From an uncultured Nitrosomonas sp. (GTDB taxonomy: Bacteria > Pseudomonadota > Gammaproteobacteria > Burkholderiales > Nitrosomonadaceae): a DNA stretch of 56,938 nucleotides. The stretch's first letter is position 1. The number at the start of each line of letters is the position of its first letter. Shown piece after piece: positions 41,446-50,938 of the stretch. Both the position numbers and the translations under genes were made by a program. Under the pieces are notes generated by a model. That model was not told the origin of the DNA, ran no database searches, and saw only the letters and a list, made by a program, of their open reading frames with translations. The DNA is taken from NCBI GenBank assembly GCA_964421895.1, contig CAYQZF010000001.1, positions 1 to 56,938 on the forward strand, given 5' to 3'.

Positions 41446-43028
41446 GGATTCGATTCCATAAACAAATGCTGCATTTGCTGTGCGAGTAATTTGCGGTCTA
41501 TTTTACCGTTCGGATTGCGCGGCAGATTACCCTCGCGCAATTCGATATGACTGGGCAACATATATGCAGGCAGATGCTGCCGGCACGCTTGCAGCAAAAT
41601 ATCCCTATCCGGTTTTGCACCGTTACGCGCGGTAACAATCAACACAATCGTCTGACCCAGCACAGGATGAGGCACCCCAATAGCAACCGCTTCCGCAATG
41701 CCTTCCGCTGCATAGACAACCTCCTCGACTTCGGTGGGACTAACCCGGTAGCCCGAGGTTTTGATCATTTCATCGCGCCGTTCGATGAAATACAAAAAGC
41801 CTTCTTCATCCATGCGTACGGTATCTCCGGACCATGCGGCGATCTCCGCCAGCGGCAATCCGGCCTGGCGCGCTTTTACCGGCTTGAAGCACTGCGCAGT
41901 TCGTTCCGCATCGTTCCAATACCCCAGCGCCACCAAAGATCCGCGATGCACCAATTCGCCCGGTTCGCCCGGCGCGCACGGCGAACCGTCTTCGCGCAGT
42001 ACCAGCACTTCGGCATTCGGCACCGCTTTGCCGATGGAATCCGGACGCTGCTCCAGTTGTTCCGGCGCCAGATAAGTCGAACGGAATGCTTCGGTAAAGC
42101 CGTACATCAAAAAAAATTGTGCTTGCGGCAAAGCGCTGCGTATTTGATTCAATGCCGCACGCGGCATGGCGCCACCGGAATTGGTAATGTAGCGCAACGA
42201 GGAAGCTTTTCCCCAATCGAGTTGCGCCAGCTGAATCCACAACGGCGGCACGGCCGCAAGACCGGTGATTTGCTGTTCGTCTACGAGCCGGATGATGTCG
42301 CGCGGCAGCAGATAGTTCATCAACACATTGGTTGCACCGGCATAGAAAGCAGTCGTCAACTGATTCAATCCGTAATCGAAGCTGAGTGGCAGCACGGTCA
42401 GGATCCGGTCATCCGCGCGGTTTCGCAAATACTGCGCGACACTTTTCGCACCAGCCAGCAGATTGCGATGCGACAGCACCACCCCCTTCGGTTTGCCGGT
42501 GCTGCCCGAGGTATAAATAATCGCAGCCATGTCGCTATCGATCACTGGAGATGCCTTATAAGTAACACCGGTTGTTGCCATCTCTTCCCAAGAGACGACT
42601 GTAAGACCGGTAATGACCGGCAGATTGTTATGGGCATCAATGACGATCACAGTATGCAAATCGTGACAGAGCGGCAACACCGCTTGCAGCAACTTCAGCC
42701 GCTCCAGTGAAGTGACCAGTATCCTGACATTGCAATCGATCAGAATATACGCCACCTGCTCCGCCTTCAGTACCGGATTCACCGGCACCAGAACACCGCC
42801 TGCCGCCGCTGCGGCAAAGAGTGCAATCACGGTCTCGAAACGCTTTTCGAGATAAGCTGCTGCACGCTCGCCTCGACTCAGACCTAGTTCGCGCAGGCCG
42901 CTGGCGGTTGCCGCGACTGCTCCTGCCAGCATGGCATAATCCATGCGCCGGTCCTGATAGCACAATGCCTCGGCGTGCGGCGACCGGCCGGCAGCGGCAA
43001 AAATCAAATCATGGATCAAATCAGTCAT
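41442..43028 (-). CDS. Acyl-CoA ligase (AMP-forming), exosortase A system-associated
   Basis: YTSGSTGKPKGV, LPLSFDYG, MYGFTEAFRS, SGD, RRDEMIKTSGYRVSP, PRNPNGKIDR. Start placed at the ATG at 43028. Confidence 0.88.
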   Translation of the reverse strand: MTDLIHDLIFAAAGRSPHAEALCYQDRRMDYAMLAGAVAATASGLRELGLSRGERAAAYLEKRFETVIALFAAAAAGGVLVPVNPVLKAEQVAYILIDCNVRILVTSLERLKLLQAVLPLCHDLHTVIVIDAHNNLPVITGLTVVSWEEMATTGVTYKASPVIDSDMAAIIYTSGSTGKPKGVVLSHRNLLAGAKSVAQYLRNRADDRILTVLPLSFDYGLNQLTTAFYAGATNVLMNYLLPRDIIRLVDEQQITGLAAVPPLWIQLAQLDWGKASSLRYITNSGGAMPRAALNQIRSALPQAQFFLMYGFTEAFRSTYLAPEQLEQRPDSIGKAVPNAEVLVLREDGSPCAPGEPGELVHRGSLVALGYWNDAERTAQCFKPVKARQAGLPLAEIAAWSGDTVRMDEEGFLYFIERRDEMIKTSGYRVSPTEVEEVVYAAEGIAEAVAIGVPHPVLGQTIVLIVTARNGAKPDRDILLQACRQHLPAYMLPSHIELREGNLPRNPNGKIDRKLLAQQMQHLFMESNP

Positions 43029-43188
43029 GAGGCAAACGCATTGTGGTGGCGCACTCAATTGAAGCTGCGTAATTGAAAATTGCGCACATTATAATCGGCT
43101 TTGGCTTGCATACGGCTATCAACATGCGCAATGGAATCGCGTACACTATCGCCTTTCTGAACATTGACACAATAACAACCCGACAATC

Positions 43189-44583
43189 ATGATGGTACGC
43201 ACACGATTCGCACCCAGCCCGACCGGTTATCTCCACATTGGCGGCGCACGCACTGCACTATTTTCCTGGGCTTACGCCCGCAAGCATGGCGGAAAATTTA
43301 TCCTGCGCATCGAAGATACCGATCTGGAGCGTTCCACGCAGCAATCGATTCAAGCGATTCTGGACGGCATGGCATGGCTGGGATTGGATTACGACGAAGG
43401 GCCGTTTTATCAGATGCAGCGGCTGGCGCGCTATCATGAAGCGGCTGAGCAGTTGCTGCAAAACAATTTGGCTTATTATTGCTACGCCAGCAAAGAAGAA
43501 TTGGAGGAAATGCGCGAACAGCAACTGGCAGCCGGCCTGAAGCCGCGCTACGACGGCCGCTGGCGCGACAGCAAAAAAACCCCGCCCGCCGGTGTAAAAC
43601 CGGTGCTCCGCTTCAAAAATCCGCTGGAAGGCCATGTCACGTTCAACGATCAGATTAAGGGAAAAATCACTGTCGCCAACAACGAACTGGACGATCTGGT
43701 ATTGCTGCGCAGCGACGGCGTGCCGACGTACAACTTCAGCGTGGTGATCGACGATCTGGACATGAATATCACGCACGTCATCCGCGGCGACGATCACGTC
43801 AACAACACGCCGCGCCAGATCAATATTCTCAAAGCCTTGGGCGCGGCATTGCCGGAATACGCACATGTGCCGATGATTCTGGGCGCCAACGGCGAGCGAT
43901 TGTCGAAACGGCACGGCGCGGTCTCGGTGATGCAATACCGCGACGACGGCTATCTGCCGGAAGCGTTATTGAATTATCTGGCGCGCTTGGGATGGTCGCA
44001 CGGCGACGAGGAAATTTTCAGTCGCGAGCAATTGGTCGAATGGTTCGATTTATCGGCAATCAGCCGTTCTCCAGCAAAATTCAACCCGGAGAAACTGCAT
44101 TGGATCAATCAGCAATATTTGAAACAAACCGACAATGCACGCTTAGCTGAATTGGCAGCCCCTTTTCTCATCAATGATAATTGCCAGGTGAATGATGGAC
44201 CAGATCTAGCATTGGTAGTCGATTTGTTGAAAGAACGCGTCAATACCATCGAAGAACTGGCCGATGCCGCAGTGTACTTTTACCGTCCGTTGGAACCTAC
44301 CGAAGAACTGAAAACGCAACATTTGACCGCGGCTACCAAGCCAATCGTGACCGGTCTGATGGAGGTATTCAAACAGATTGAATGGACGCGCGAAGCGATT
44401 CACCAGGAAATAAAAACCGCCGCCAAAGTGCACAATGTCAAATTACCAGCAATCGCTATGCCGCTACGAATCATGGTAACCGGCGAAGTTCACACACCCT
44501 CAATCGATGCCGTCTTGGCGCTACTTGGTCGCGAAGAAACGCTCAATCGCATGAACAGTCGGCTCGGCAACCTCCCCGATTGA
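43189..44583 (+). CDS. gltX: Glutamate--tRNA ligase
   Basis: RFAPSPTGYLHIGG, RIEDTD, IRGDDH, LSKRHG. Confidence 0.97.
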   Translation: MMVRTRFAPSPTGYLHIGGARTALFSWAYARKHGGKFILRIEDTDLERSTQQSIQAILDGMAWLGLDYDEGPFYQMQRLARYHEAAEQLLQNNLAYYCYASKEELEEMREQQLAAGLKPRYDGRWRDSKKTPPAGVKPVLRFKNPLEGHVTFNDQIKGKITVANNELDDLVLLRSDGVPTYNFSVVIDDLDMNITHVIRGDDHVNNTPRQINILKALGAALPEYAHVPMILGANGERLSKRHGAVSVMQYRDDGYLPEALLNYLARLGWSHGDEEIFSREQLVEWFDLSAISRSPAKFNPEKLHWINQQYLKQTDNARLAELAAPFLINDNCQVNDGPDLALVVDLLKERVNTIEELADAAVYFYRPLEPTEELKTQHLTAATKPIVTGLMEVFKQIEWTREAIHQEIKTAAKVHNVKLPAIAMPLRIMVTGEVHTPSIDAVLALLGREETLNRMNSRLGNLPD

Positions 44584-44590
44584 TCTTTGC

Positions 44591-44619
44591 TTTACAAGCC
44601 ATCATGGCATCAGTATAAT
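44591..44619 (+). promoter_or_regulatory. Sigma-70 promoter of the tRNA operon
   Basis: TTTACA-N17-TATAAT, 17 bp before tRNA-Ala. Confidence 0.8.
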
Positions 44620-44636
44620 CCCTCTTCCTTTGATCA

Positions 44637-44712
<76 letters not shown>

Positions 44713-44757
44713 GTTTATACTGTGGTTTAAGCAACGCTATAACGCGACATATCTTTT

Positions 44758-44833
44758 GTCCCCATCGTCTAGAGGCCTAGGACATCGCCCTTTCACGGCG
44801 GTAACACGAGTTCGAATCTCGTTGGGGACGCCA
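44758..44833 (+). tRNA. tRNA-Glu(TTC)
   Basis: GTCCCCA/TGGGGAC acceptor stem, CTTTCAC anticodon loop, ACGAG-TTCGAAT-CTCGT T arm, CCA. Confidence 0.97.
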
Positions 44834-45109
44834 ATAGAAGAAATTAACTGGTACCTTTATTAGGTGCACGCATAGTATCAGTTATACATATAAACCGCAT
44901 ACCTGAATCTTACCATCGCCTAGCAACCCCTCATTAGTGCATTGCTTGTGATAATTCTCTTCGACAAACGCGGAATGCAAAAAATCTTCATCGCGTTGGT
45001 TGATGTACTTAGTCCCGCCACCTGTACGCTGGTTAATCGTATCGATGACAATATCTAGAATCGCCAAGTCGAGAAAGGAACGGACTCACCGGTTTTTCAT
45101 TTAACACTA

Positions 45110-46804
45110 CTACAGCCGATCCAAATTGTCGCCCCAGCTCATGATATCTTCAATCCAATAGTTATAGCGGCGCTCGCGATCCTTGCCGTCATTGCCAGAT
45201 TTAGCATCGGGAACGAGATCAAGGATACATAAAGCCCGTCCGATACCGCGCCGGCGGTATTTTCCTTTTCTGGCGGTGACGATCTGATCGCGCCAGGTGC
45301 CCAAATTGATATAGGTATAACTTTTATGACTCCAGGAATGTGCTGGCTCCGGAAAATACAGCTCTTCCTGCAAAGAAATGTGCGTATGGCCTTCGCTATG
45401 AATGCGGAAGCCGTAATTGCGATACTCCGGCAAAAAAGCCGGAAAATTCAGAATTTCCTTGTAAGAAGGCGCATCGCTGAAGCTCATCACGCCGGTTTTC
45501 AGTTTCGACATCGCGCGCATCATCCAATAGATTGCCCCCAATTCAAGCCGTGCGCTAAAGAGCTTTATCACCGATAGCAGGATTTTGGTGCATAGGATGG
45601 CAACTCTAAGCAGCGGCCTGGCACTTTGCCGGGTGAAATCCCAGCTCAACCATTGGTACATGGAAAAACGCAACTGCTTTTCTATGATTTCGTTCGCTTG
45701 AATAAGGATCCCCCCTTTCATCCGTAATCGCCAGGTCTCCTCGATCATTCTTCCCACAGCCAAATAAGTTGGCCGGTATAGATCCAACTCGTCCAAAATC
45801 CGCAACAGCCGCTCAATTTCATCGTGCAAGCGCAGCTCATCTTTTATCAGGCTCTGCAATTGCGCCTTAGTCCGGAATATGAATCCTGCCAATAATCCGG
45901 CAGCCACCGTATCGCCGAAACATGGCTCGGTGAAAGGGCTATAGCGAAGCTTCTGCCAAGCAGCCAAATCCCAGCCATCGCTCACTTTCCAGCCGGGCAA
46001 TCCCAAATTAGCCTTGATAGCGCGGCAATTGTCTTCGTCTCTCCATTGTCCGTGGGTAACGAATAGCCTGAAACCCCGGTCTCCCCAGTAAAACGGCAGC
46101 CACGGCGCAGTATCCGGATTGTTGGTCAAATAATGATCCGGGTTATTGAAATACATTTGGCCGATCCATTGTTTGTAGCTCACTGACAAAGACGGCAAGG
46201 GCTGTTCTAAACATTCCTCATAAAACTTCTTTAACGTTGCGTTATCGGCCAGCATCTCCTTATCGTGGTTACCGAGCAGCACTAGTTTCTGAATTCTGAC
46301 ATTATTCAGATCCTTGGAAAGACGATTGAGCCAATAGAAAAATCCCGGTTTGGTAGCGATCTCACTGCGATCGGATACAAATAAACGCTTAAGCCGATGA
46401 AAAAATCCCGATTGGTTACCAGGCTTACTATGGTTTTCAATAATCCCTTGGATAATTACTTGCAGATTTTCTTTGAATTGCGGCTTATCCCGCTCCCAAG
46501 GATAAACACCGGTTTTTGCCCACTGCGCGGTACGGATCATGTCGACGACATCCCCCGCCAATAGCAGATGCAATTCTCGCACGTCATGCTGGTGACACAG
46601 TTCCTTGATCCGGCCAAATACATTCTCCCAGACCACAGTCTCAGCGCTCTGATTGCCGACCGTTCCGTCGGTAAAATGCACGTCACTGAAGCAAACACAT
46701 AGGCGATTAGGCCGGTCCGGATCATCTGGATCGGAAAATCCCGCCTGCTGAAATATCAGAAAATCTTTTGGTAAGTTTTTATCAGTTTGATATACATTCA
46801 TCAC
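45110..46804 (-). CDS. Large calcineurin-like metallophosphoesterase of unknown function
   Basis: All five motifs are present: SDVHF, AGDVVD, GNHD, THG and GHTH, plus YINLGTW. Confidence 0.8.
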   Translation of the reverse strand: MMNVYQTDKNLPKDFLIFQQAGFSDPDDPDRPNRLCVCFSDVHFTDGTVGNQSAETVVWENVFGRIKELCHQHDVRELHLLLAGDVVDMIRTAQWAKTGVYPWERDKPQFKENLQVIIQGIIENHSKPGNQSGFFHRLKRLFVSDRSEIATKPGFFYWLNRLSKDLNNVRIQKLVLLGNHDKEMLADNATLKKFYEECLEQPLPSLSVSYKQWIGQMYFNNPDHYLTNNPDTAPWLPFYWGDRGFRLFVTHGQWRDEDNCRAIKANLGLPGWKVSDGWDLAAWQKLRYSPFTEPCFGDTVAAGLLAGFIFRTKAQLQSLIKDELRLHDEIERLLRILDELDLYRPTYLAVGRMIEETWRLRMKGGILIQANEIIEKQLRFSMYQWLSWDFTRQSARPLLRVAILCTKILLSVIKLFSARLELGAIYWMMRAMSKLKTGVMSFSDAPSYKEILNFPAFLPEYRNYGFRIHSEGHTHISLQEELYFPEPAHSWSHKSYTYINLGTWRDQIVTARKGKYRRRGIGRALCILDLVPDAKSGNDGKDRERRYNYWIEDIMSWGDNLDRL

Positions 46805-46986
46805 AGTATGTCCTAAGTGTACACCGCCAGAGCTAGCCGATTTGTCAGCTGCCGCAATTTAGAAAGATTCTGGCTCATCGGATTTGAGTTTTACGGCTGG
46901 CTATCGTAATACATCTCTCTCTTCGCGGCTAATGTGCGCCAGTTTATTTTTCCGGCTCCACAAAAATAAGCTGATTCCTTAATAGA

Positions 46987-47561
46987 TCAATCTCCCCACT
47001 CTTCATGCCTGACCGGCAACCGATTCAATTCTTCCCGGTAAAACCGCCATTTCGGCATAAATTGATCCATCAAAGCAATAAATCTGCTGTTATGCGGCTG
47101 TTATGCGCCGGTTCCAGCAGGTGGATCATTTCGTGCACCACGGCGTATTCCAAGCAGTTTCTTGGCCAATTCTGTGTTCAATCGAATATTTCCTGAGCGA
47201 TAGCTGCAACTGCCCTGCTTGATTTTCATTCTCTGAACATAAAATCTGTTAACGCACACACCCATGCGCGGCTGCCACTTTTTAATCAACGCCGGGTTTG
47301 CTTGTTTGAGATTGCTGCGATACCAGGCTTCAAGAATAGCCTGTTTTTTCTCCAGGCGTGCGCCAGGGCGGACCGACAGAAACATTTTGCTGTGTTTCAA
47401 TTCAACGGACGGCGACGCGTCTTTTTCATCGACCTTCAGCAGATAGCGCTTTCCCTAGACATAATGGCTTTCTCGGTCGATATATTCCCACAGTACTTCG
47501 GGTTGTTGTGACTGTAACTTTGTTTGCTGTTTCTTGATCCATCCCAGCTTGGATATGACAA
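46987..47561 (-). pseudogene. M48/YgjP (DUF45)-like zinc metallopeptidase pseudogene
   Basis: Reconstructed as ISKLGWIKKQQ...ESHYV*GKRYLL (in-frame TAG), IRLNTELAKK, frameshift to CLEYAVVHEMIHLLEPAHN (HExxH), an 11-bp duplication, then FIALMDQFMPKW...HEEWGD*. The 5' end is missing. Confidence 0.85.
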
Positions 47562-48030
47562 GGCTCTAGACTAGCAGAGCTACTAATATCTGATGATTTG
47601 CCATAGTTCATTAGCAAGTGCATCAGGTTATTTTTTCCAACGCCACTCAGATTCTTTTAGATGCAGCTCAAAGTTAACCGGCACACCGTTAAACTTCGCC
47701 AGCCGCCGCTTGGTAAAACTCCAACTCCAAGCGTTTACAGTCCGGCACTATTTCGGTGCGCGGTTATGACGAATTGGTCGATATCGGATTTAATAAACAC
47801 TTTAGAGTTCACCACGGTGACAATGAGTTTTCCAGTGATGAGCGGCATATTAACGGTATCGAGTCTTTCTGGAGTTTTGCTAAAAGACGTTTGGCTAAGT
47901 TCAATGGTGTGCCCAAACATACCTTCTATCTACACCGAAACCGAATTTCGTTTTAATCATCGCCGTGATAATCTCTATTATCAGATTCTTAAATTGTTAC
48001 GTTTAAACCCGATTTAACTTCCTAAGACCC
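47562..48030 (+). mobile_element. Degenerate IS1595-family (IS1016-like) element remnant
   Basis: GYDELVDIG..HFRVHHG.NEF...HINGIESFWSFAKRRL.KFNG...FYLH, frameshifted to EFRFNHR. Internally deleted; the ends are only weakly inverted (GGCTCT... / ...AGACCC). Confidence 0.8.
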
Positions 48031-48092
48031 ATTGTAATTGCTACCTTAATCTCCATATATTTGGCAACTTTGATATCTTTGGGACAAAACTT

Positions 48093-48701
48093 ATGCACAA
48101 TTTACGAAAATTCACACTCATTCTTTGTTTTTTGTTTCTGAGTGGTTGCGGCTACAACACATTGCAATCCACCGACGAACAAATCAAAGCTAGCTGGGCA
48201 GAAGTATTGAATCAATATAAACGCCGTGCTGATTTAGTGCCGAATCTGGTCAATACAGTCAAAGGATTTGCCATGCAGGAAAAAGATGTATTGTTGGGTG
48301 TCACCAATGCCCGCTCCAGAGTGGGCGGTATTCAGGCAACTCCGGAGTTGATCAATAACCCGGAAGCGTTCGCCAAGTTCCAGAATGCGCAAAGCGAATT
48401 ATCGAGCGCACTTGCCAGATTGCTGGTCGTTACCGAGAATTATCCCGAATTGAAATCCGATGCAAATTTCCGCGACTTGCAAGCGCAGTTGGAGGGAACT
48501 GAAAACCGTATCACCGTGGCGCGCAATCGTTACATTAAAGCCGTGCAGGAATACAACATCGTGGTGCGTTCTTTCCCCAGTAATCTGACGGCGATGATGT
48601 TCGGATATCAAACCAAACCTAGCTTCACCGTGGAAAATGAACAAGAAATCTCCACCGCGCCCAAAGTGGATTTTGGCACGCCTATTCCTGCGGCAAAATA
48701 A
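48093..48701 (+). CDS. lemA: LemA family protein
   Basis: LSGCGYN, WAEVLNQYKRRADLVPNLV, ENYPELK, QLEGTENRI.VAR. Confidence 0.93.
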   Translation: MHNLRKFTLILCFLFLSGCGYNTLQSTDEQIKASWAEVLNQYKRRADLVPNLVNTVKGFAMQEKDVLLGVTNARSRVGGIQATPELINNPEAFAKFQNAQSELSSALARLLVVTENYPELKSDANFRDLQAQLEGTENRITVARNRYIKAVQEYNIVVRSFPSNLTAMMFGYQTKPSFTVENEQEISTAPKVDFGTPIPAAK

Positions 48702-48707
48702 ATCATC

Positions 48708-49616
48708 ATGACACTCGTCAAAATGATCCGATTGAACATGACAATATGGCTGCTAGCGGCCATACTGTTTTTCTTTCCGGCTGCGGCGATGGCCGACGCC
48801 GCCACTCCGCCGCTGAAAGTGCATGTCACCGACCTGACTACAACCCTTTCCGCCAGCGAGACTGCGTTTTTAGAACAAAAATTATCGGCGTTTGAAAAAA
48901 CCAAAGGCAGCCAGATTGCAGTGCTCATCGTTCCGACGACACAACCTGAAACCATCGAAGAGTATTCGATACGTGTTGCGGAAGCCTGGCAACTGGGGCG
49001 CAAAGGTGTGGACGATGGTATTTTGCTGCTCATCGCCAAAAATGACCGGGCATTGCGCATCGAAGTGGGCTATGGTCTGGAAGGTGCGGTACCGGATGCG
49101 ATGGCGAAACGGATCATCGCAGAAATCATCACACCGCGATTCAAGCAAGGTCATTTTGCGGAAGGCATCGATGCCGGTATTGAAGCCCTCATCAAACTAA
49201 TTCAAGGCGAACCGCTGCCGCCGCCCAAAAACGTGCGAAACGGTTCTGGCACAGCGGAAATGCATTCTCCTTTGGAAACTTTCATTTCCATCCTGATCGG
49301 ATCGATTGTACTTGGAAGAATCTTGCAAGTATTTCTTGGCCGCTTGATCGGCGCAACGATCACCGGTCTAGGTGTCGGGTTCATCAGCTGGTTGTCTTTT
49401 TCGTCGATAGCGGCCGCTGTTGTTATCACCATCGTGGTATTCGTCATCAATCTTTTATCGAATGGCGGTAACGGTTACTATCGCAGCGGCCGCAGCGGCT
49501 GGCTGGATCACGGTTACTACCGTTCCGGCGGCTTCGATCGCGGCGGCGGTTTTGGCGGAGGATTCGGTGGCGGCGGTGGCGGTTTCGGCGGCGGTGGCGC
49601 GTCGGGGAGGTGGTAA
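48708..49616 (+). CDS. TPM-domain (YgcG family) membrane protein
   Basis: VTDLTTTLS, QIAVLIV, W.LGRKGVDDG, RIEVGYGLEG, Gly-rich tail ending GGASGRW. Confidence 0.92.
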   Translation: MTLVKMIRLNMTIWLLAAILFFFPAAAMADAATPPLKVHVTDLTTTLSASETAFLEQKLSAFEKTKGSQIAVLIVPTTQPETIEEYSIRVAEAWQLGRKGVDDGILLLIAKNDRALRIEVGYGLEGAVPDAMAKRIIAEIITPRFKQGHFAEGIDAGIEALIKLIQGEPLPPPKNVRNGSGTAEMHSPLETFISILIGSIVLGRILQVFLGRLIGATITGLGVGFISWLSFSSIAAAVVITIVVFVINLLSNGGNGYYRSGRSGWLDHGYYRSGGFDRGGGFGGGFGGGGGGFGGGGASGRW

Positions 49617-50117
49617 ATGGATTTTGCGCGTACTCTGCGTCATTTGTTAACTGGTCAATGGGTGCAACGACGCGCCTTCCCGGCTGTTTCGCTTGCCGCT
49701 ATCGAGCAAGCGATTGTGCAGTCGGAAATGAAACACGGCGGTGAAATTTGCTTCGCCGTGGAAGCGGCGCTGAACACTCTGCCGTTGCTCAGAAACCAGA
49801 CTGCCCGCGAACGCGCCCTTGAAGTATTTTCGCAACTGCGGGTCTGGGATACCGGACACAATAACGGCGTGCTCATTTATCTGTTATTAGCCGATCGCAC
49901 GGTGGAAATCATCGCCGATCGCGGCATTCATGCCAAAGTTCCGGAGGCTGAATGGCAGGCTATTTGCCGCACGATGGAATCGGCATTCCGGCAGCAACGG
50001 TTCGAAACTGGCGTCATCGCGGGTATCAATGCCATCGGCGGATATCTGCAAAAATATTTCCCGATTGATCCAGAGAAAGATACCAATGAACTCCCCAACA
50101 AACCGGTTGTGCTATAA
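49617..50117 (+). CDS. TPM-domain protein
   Basis: SEMKHGGEI, RVWDT..NNGVLIYLLLADR.VEIIADRG, NELP; typical third gene of the lemA cassette. Confidence 0.9.
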   Translation: MDFARTLRHLLTGQWVQRRAFPAVSLAAIEQAIVQSEMKHGGEICFAVEAALNTLPLLRNQTARERALEVFSQLRVWDTGHNNGVLIYLLLADRTVEIIADRGIHAKVPEAEWQAICRTMESAFRQQRFETGVIAGINAIGGYLQKYFPIDPEKDTNELPNKPVVL

Positions 50118-50173
50118 ATCGGCGCCAGACTCGGGAATGTCAATTGGAATCAACAGGAACGCAGCGCAAATCC

Positions 50174-50938
50174 TCAAGACAAGAAATTCGCAATCGCCGC
50201 AAATTCGTCCACCGATAAATTCTCGGCACGCAACCCCGAATCAATACCCAGTGCAATGAAATCATCGCTCGTCAAATACTGTTGCAAAGTGTTGCGAAGC
50301 GTTTTACGGCGTTGTGAGAATGCCGCACTGACAATTTGTGAGAATACCGCTTCATCCTGAACGATTCGTGCCGGCGAATCGCGCGGAATCATACGAACAA
50401 TAGCCGACTCAACCTTCGGTACGGGGCGGAACGATCCCGCCGGAACGCTGAACACATATTCCATATCGAAGCGGTACTGCAACATGACGGAAAGCCGTCC
50501 GTAATCGGACGTGGCAGGGACACCGACCATGCGATCCACGACTTCCTTCTGCAACATGAAATGCATATCGAGAATATGTCCGGAAAATTGGCCCAAATGA
50601 AATAGCAACGGCGTTGAAATGTTGTAAGGTAAATTACCGACAATACGCAGCTTGTGACCTAACGCGGAGAAATCGAACTTCAGCGCATCGGTGGCGTGAA
50701 CGGTCAACTGCTCTTGGGTAAATTCCTTATTCAGCCGCACCACGATATCGCGATCGATTTCAACGACATCCAAATGACCGGCGGTTTGCTGCAAGGGATG
50801 CGTCAAAGCGCCCAAGCCCGGACCGATTTCAATCAGCCGGTCACCTTTTTGCGGACGAATTTCAGCGATAATTTGCGCAATGATGTGCTGATCGACCAGA
50901 AAGTTCTGGCCGAAGCGCTTGCGGGGATTATGGCGCAT
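50174..50938 (-). CDS. rsmA: 16S rRNA dimethyltransferase RsmA/KsgA
   Basis: RKRFGQNFL, EIGPGLG, GNLPYNIST, MLQKEV, QRRKTLRN. Confidence 0.97.
   Translation of the reverse strand: MRHNPRKRFGQNFLVDQHIIAQIIAEIRPQKGDRLIEIGPGLGALTHPLQQTAGHLDVVEIDRDIVVRLNKEFTQEQLTVHATDALKFDFSALGHKLRIVGNLPYNISTPLLFHLGQFSGHILDMHFMLQKEVVDRMVGVPATSDYGRLSVMLQYRFDMEYVFSVPAGSFRPVPKVESAIVRMIPRDSPARIVQDEAVFSQIVSAAFSQRRKTLRNTLQQYLTSDDFIALGIDSGLRAENLSVDEFAAIANFLS

Noticed and set aside
41547-42710. 387-aa plus-strand ORF
   Set aside because: Lies wholly antisense to the acyl-CoA ligase in a GC-rich region and has no recognisable motifs; a shadow ORF.
43258-43935. 225-aa minus-strand ORF
   Set aside because: Antisense shadow of gltX.
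44882-45067. 61-aa minus-strand ORF beginning with a DLAILDI-like stretch
   Set aside because: No clear RBS and no further receiver motifs; may be debris but cannot be supported.
49500-49616. GGC-rich repeats
   Set aside because: Normal Gly-rich tail of YgcG/TPM proteins.
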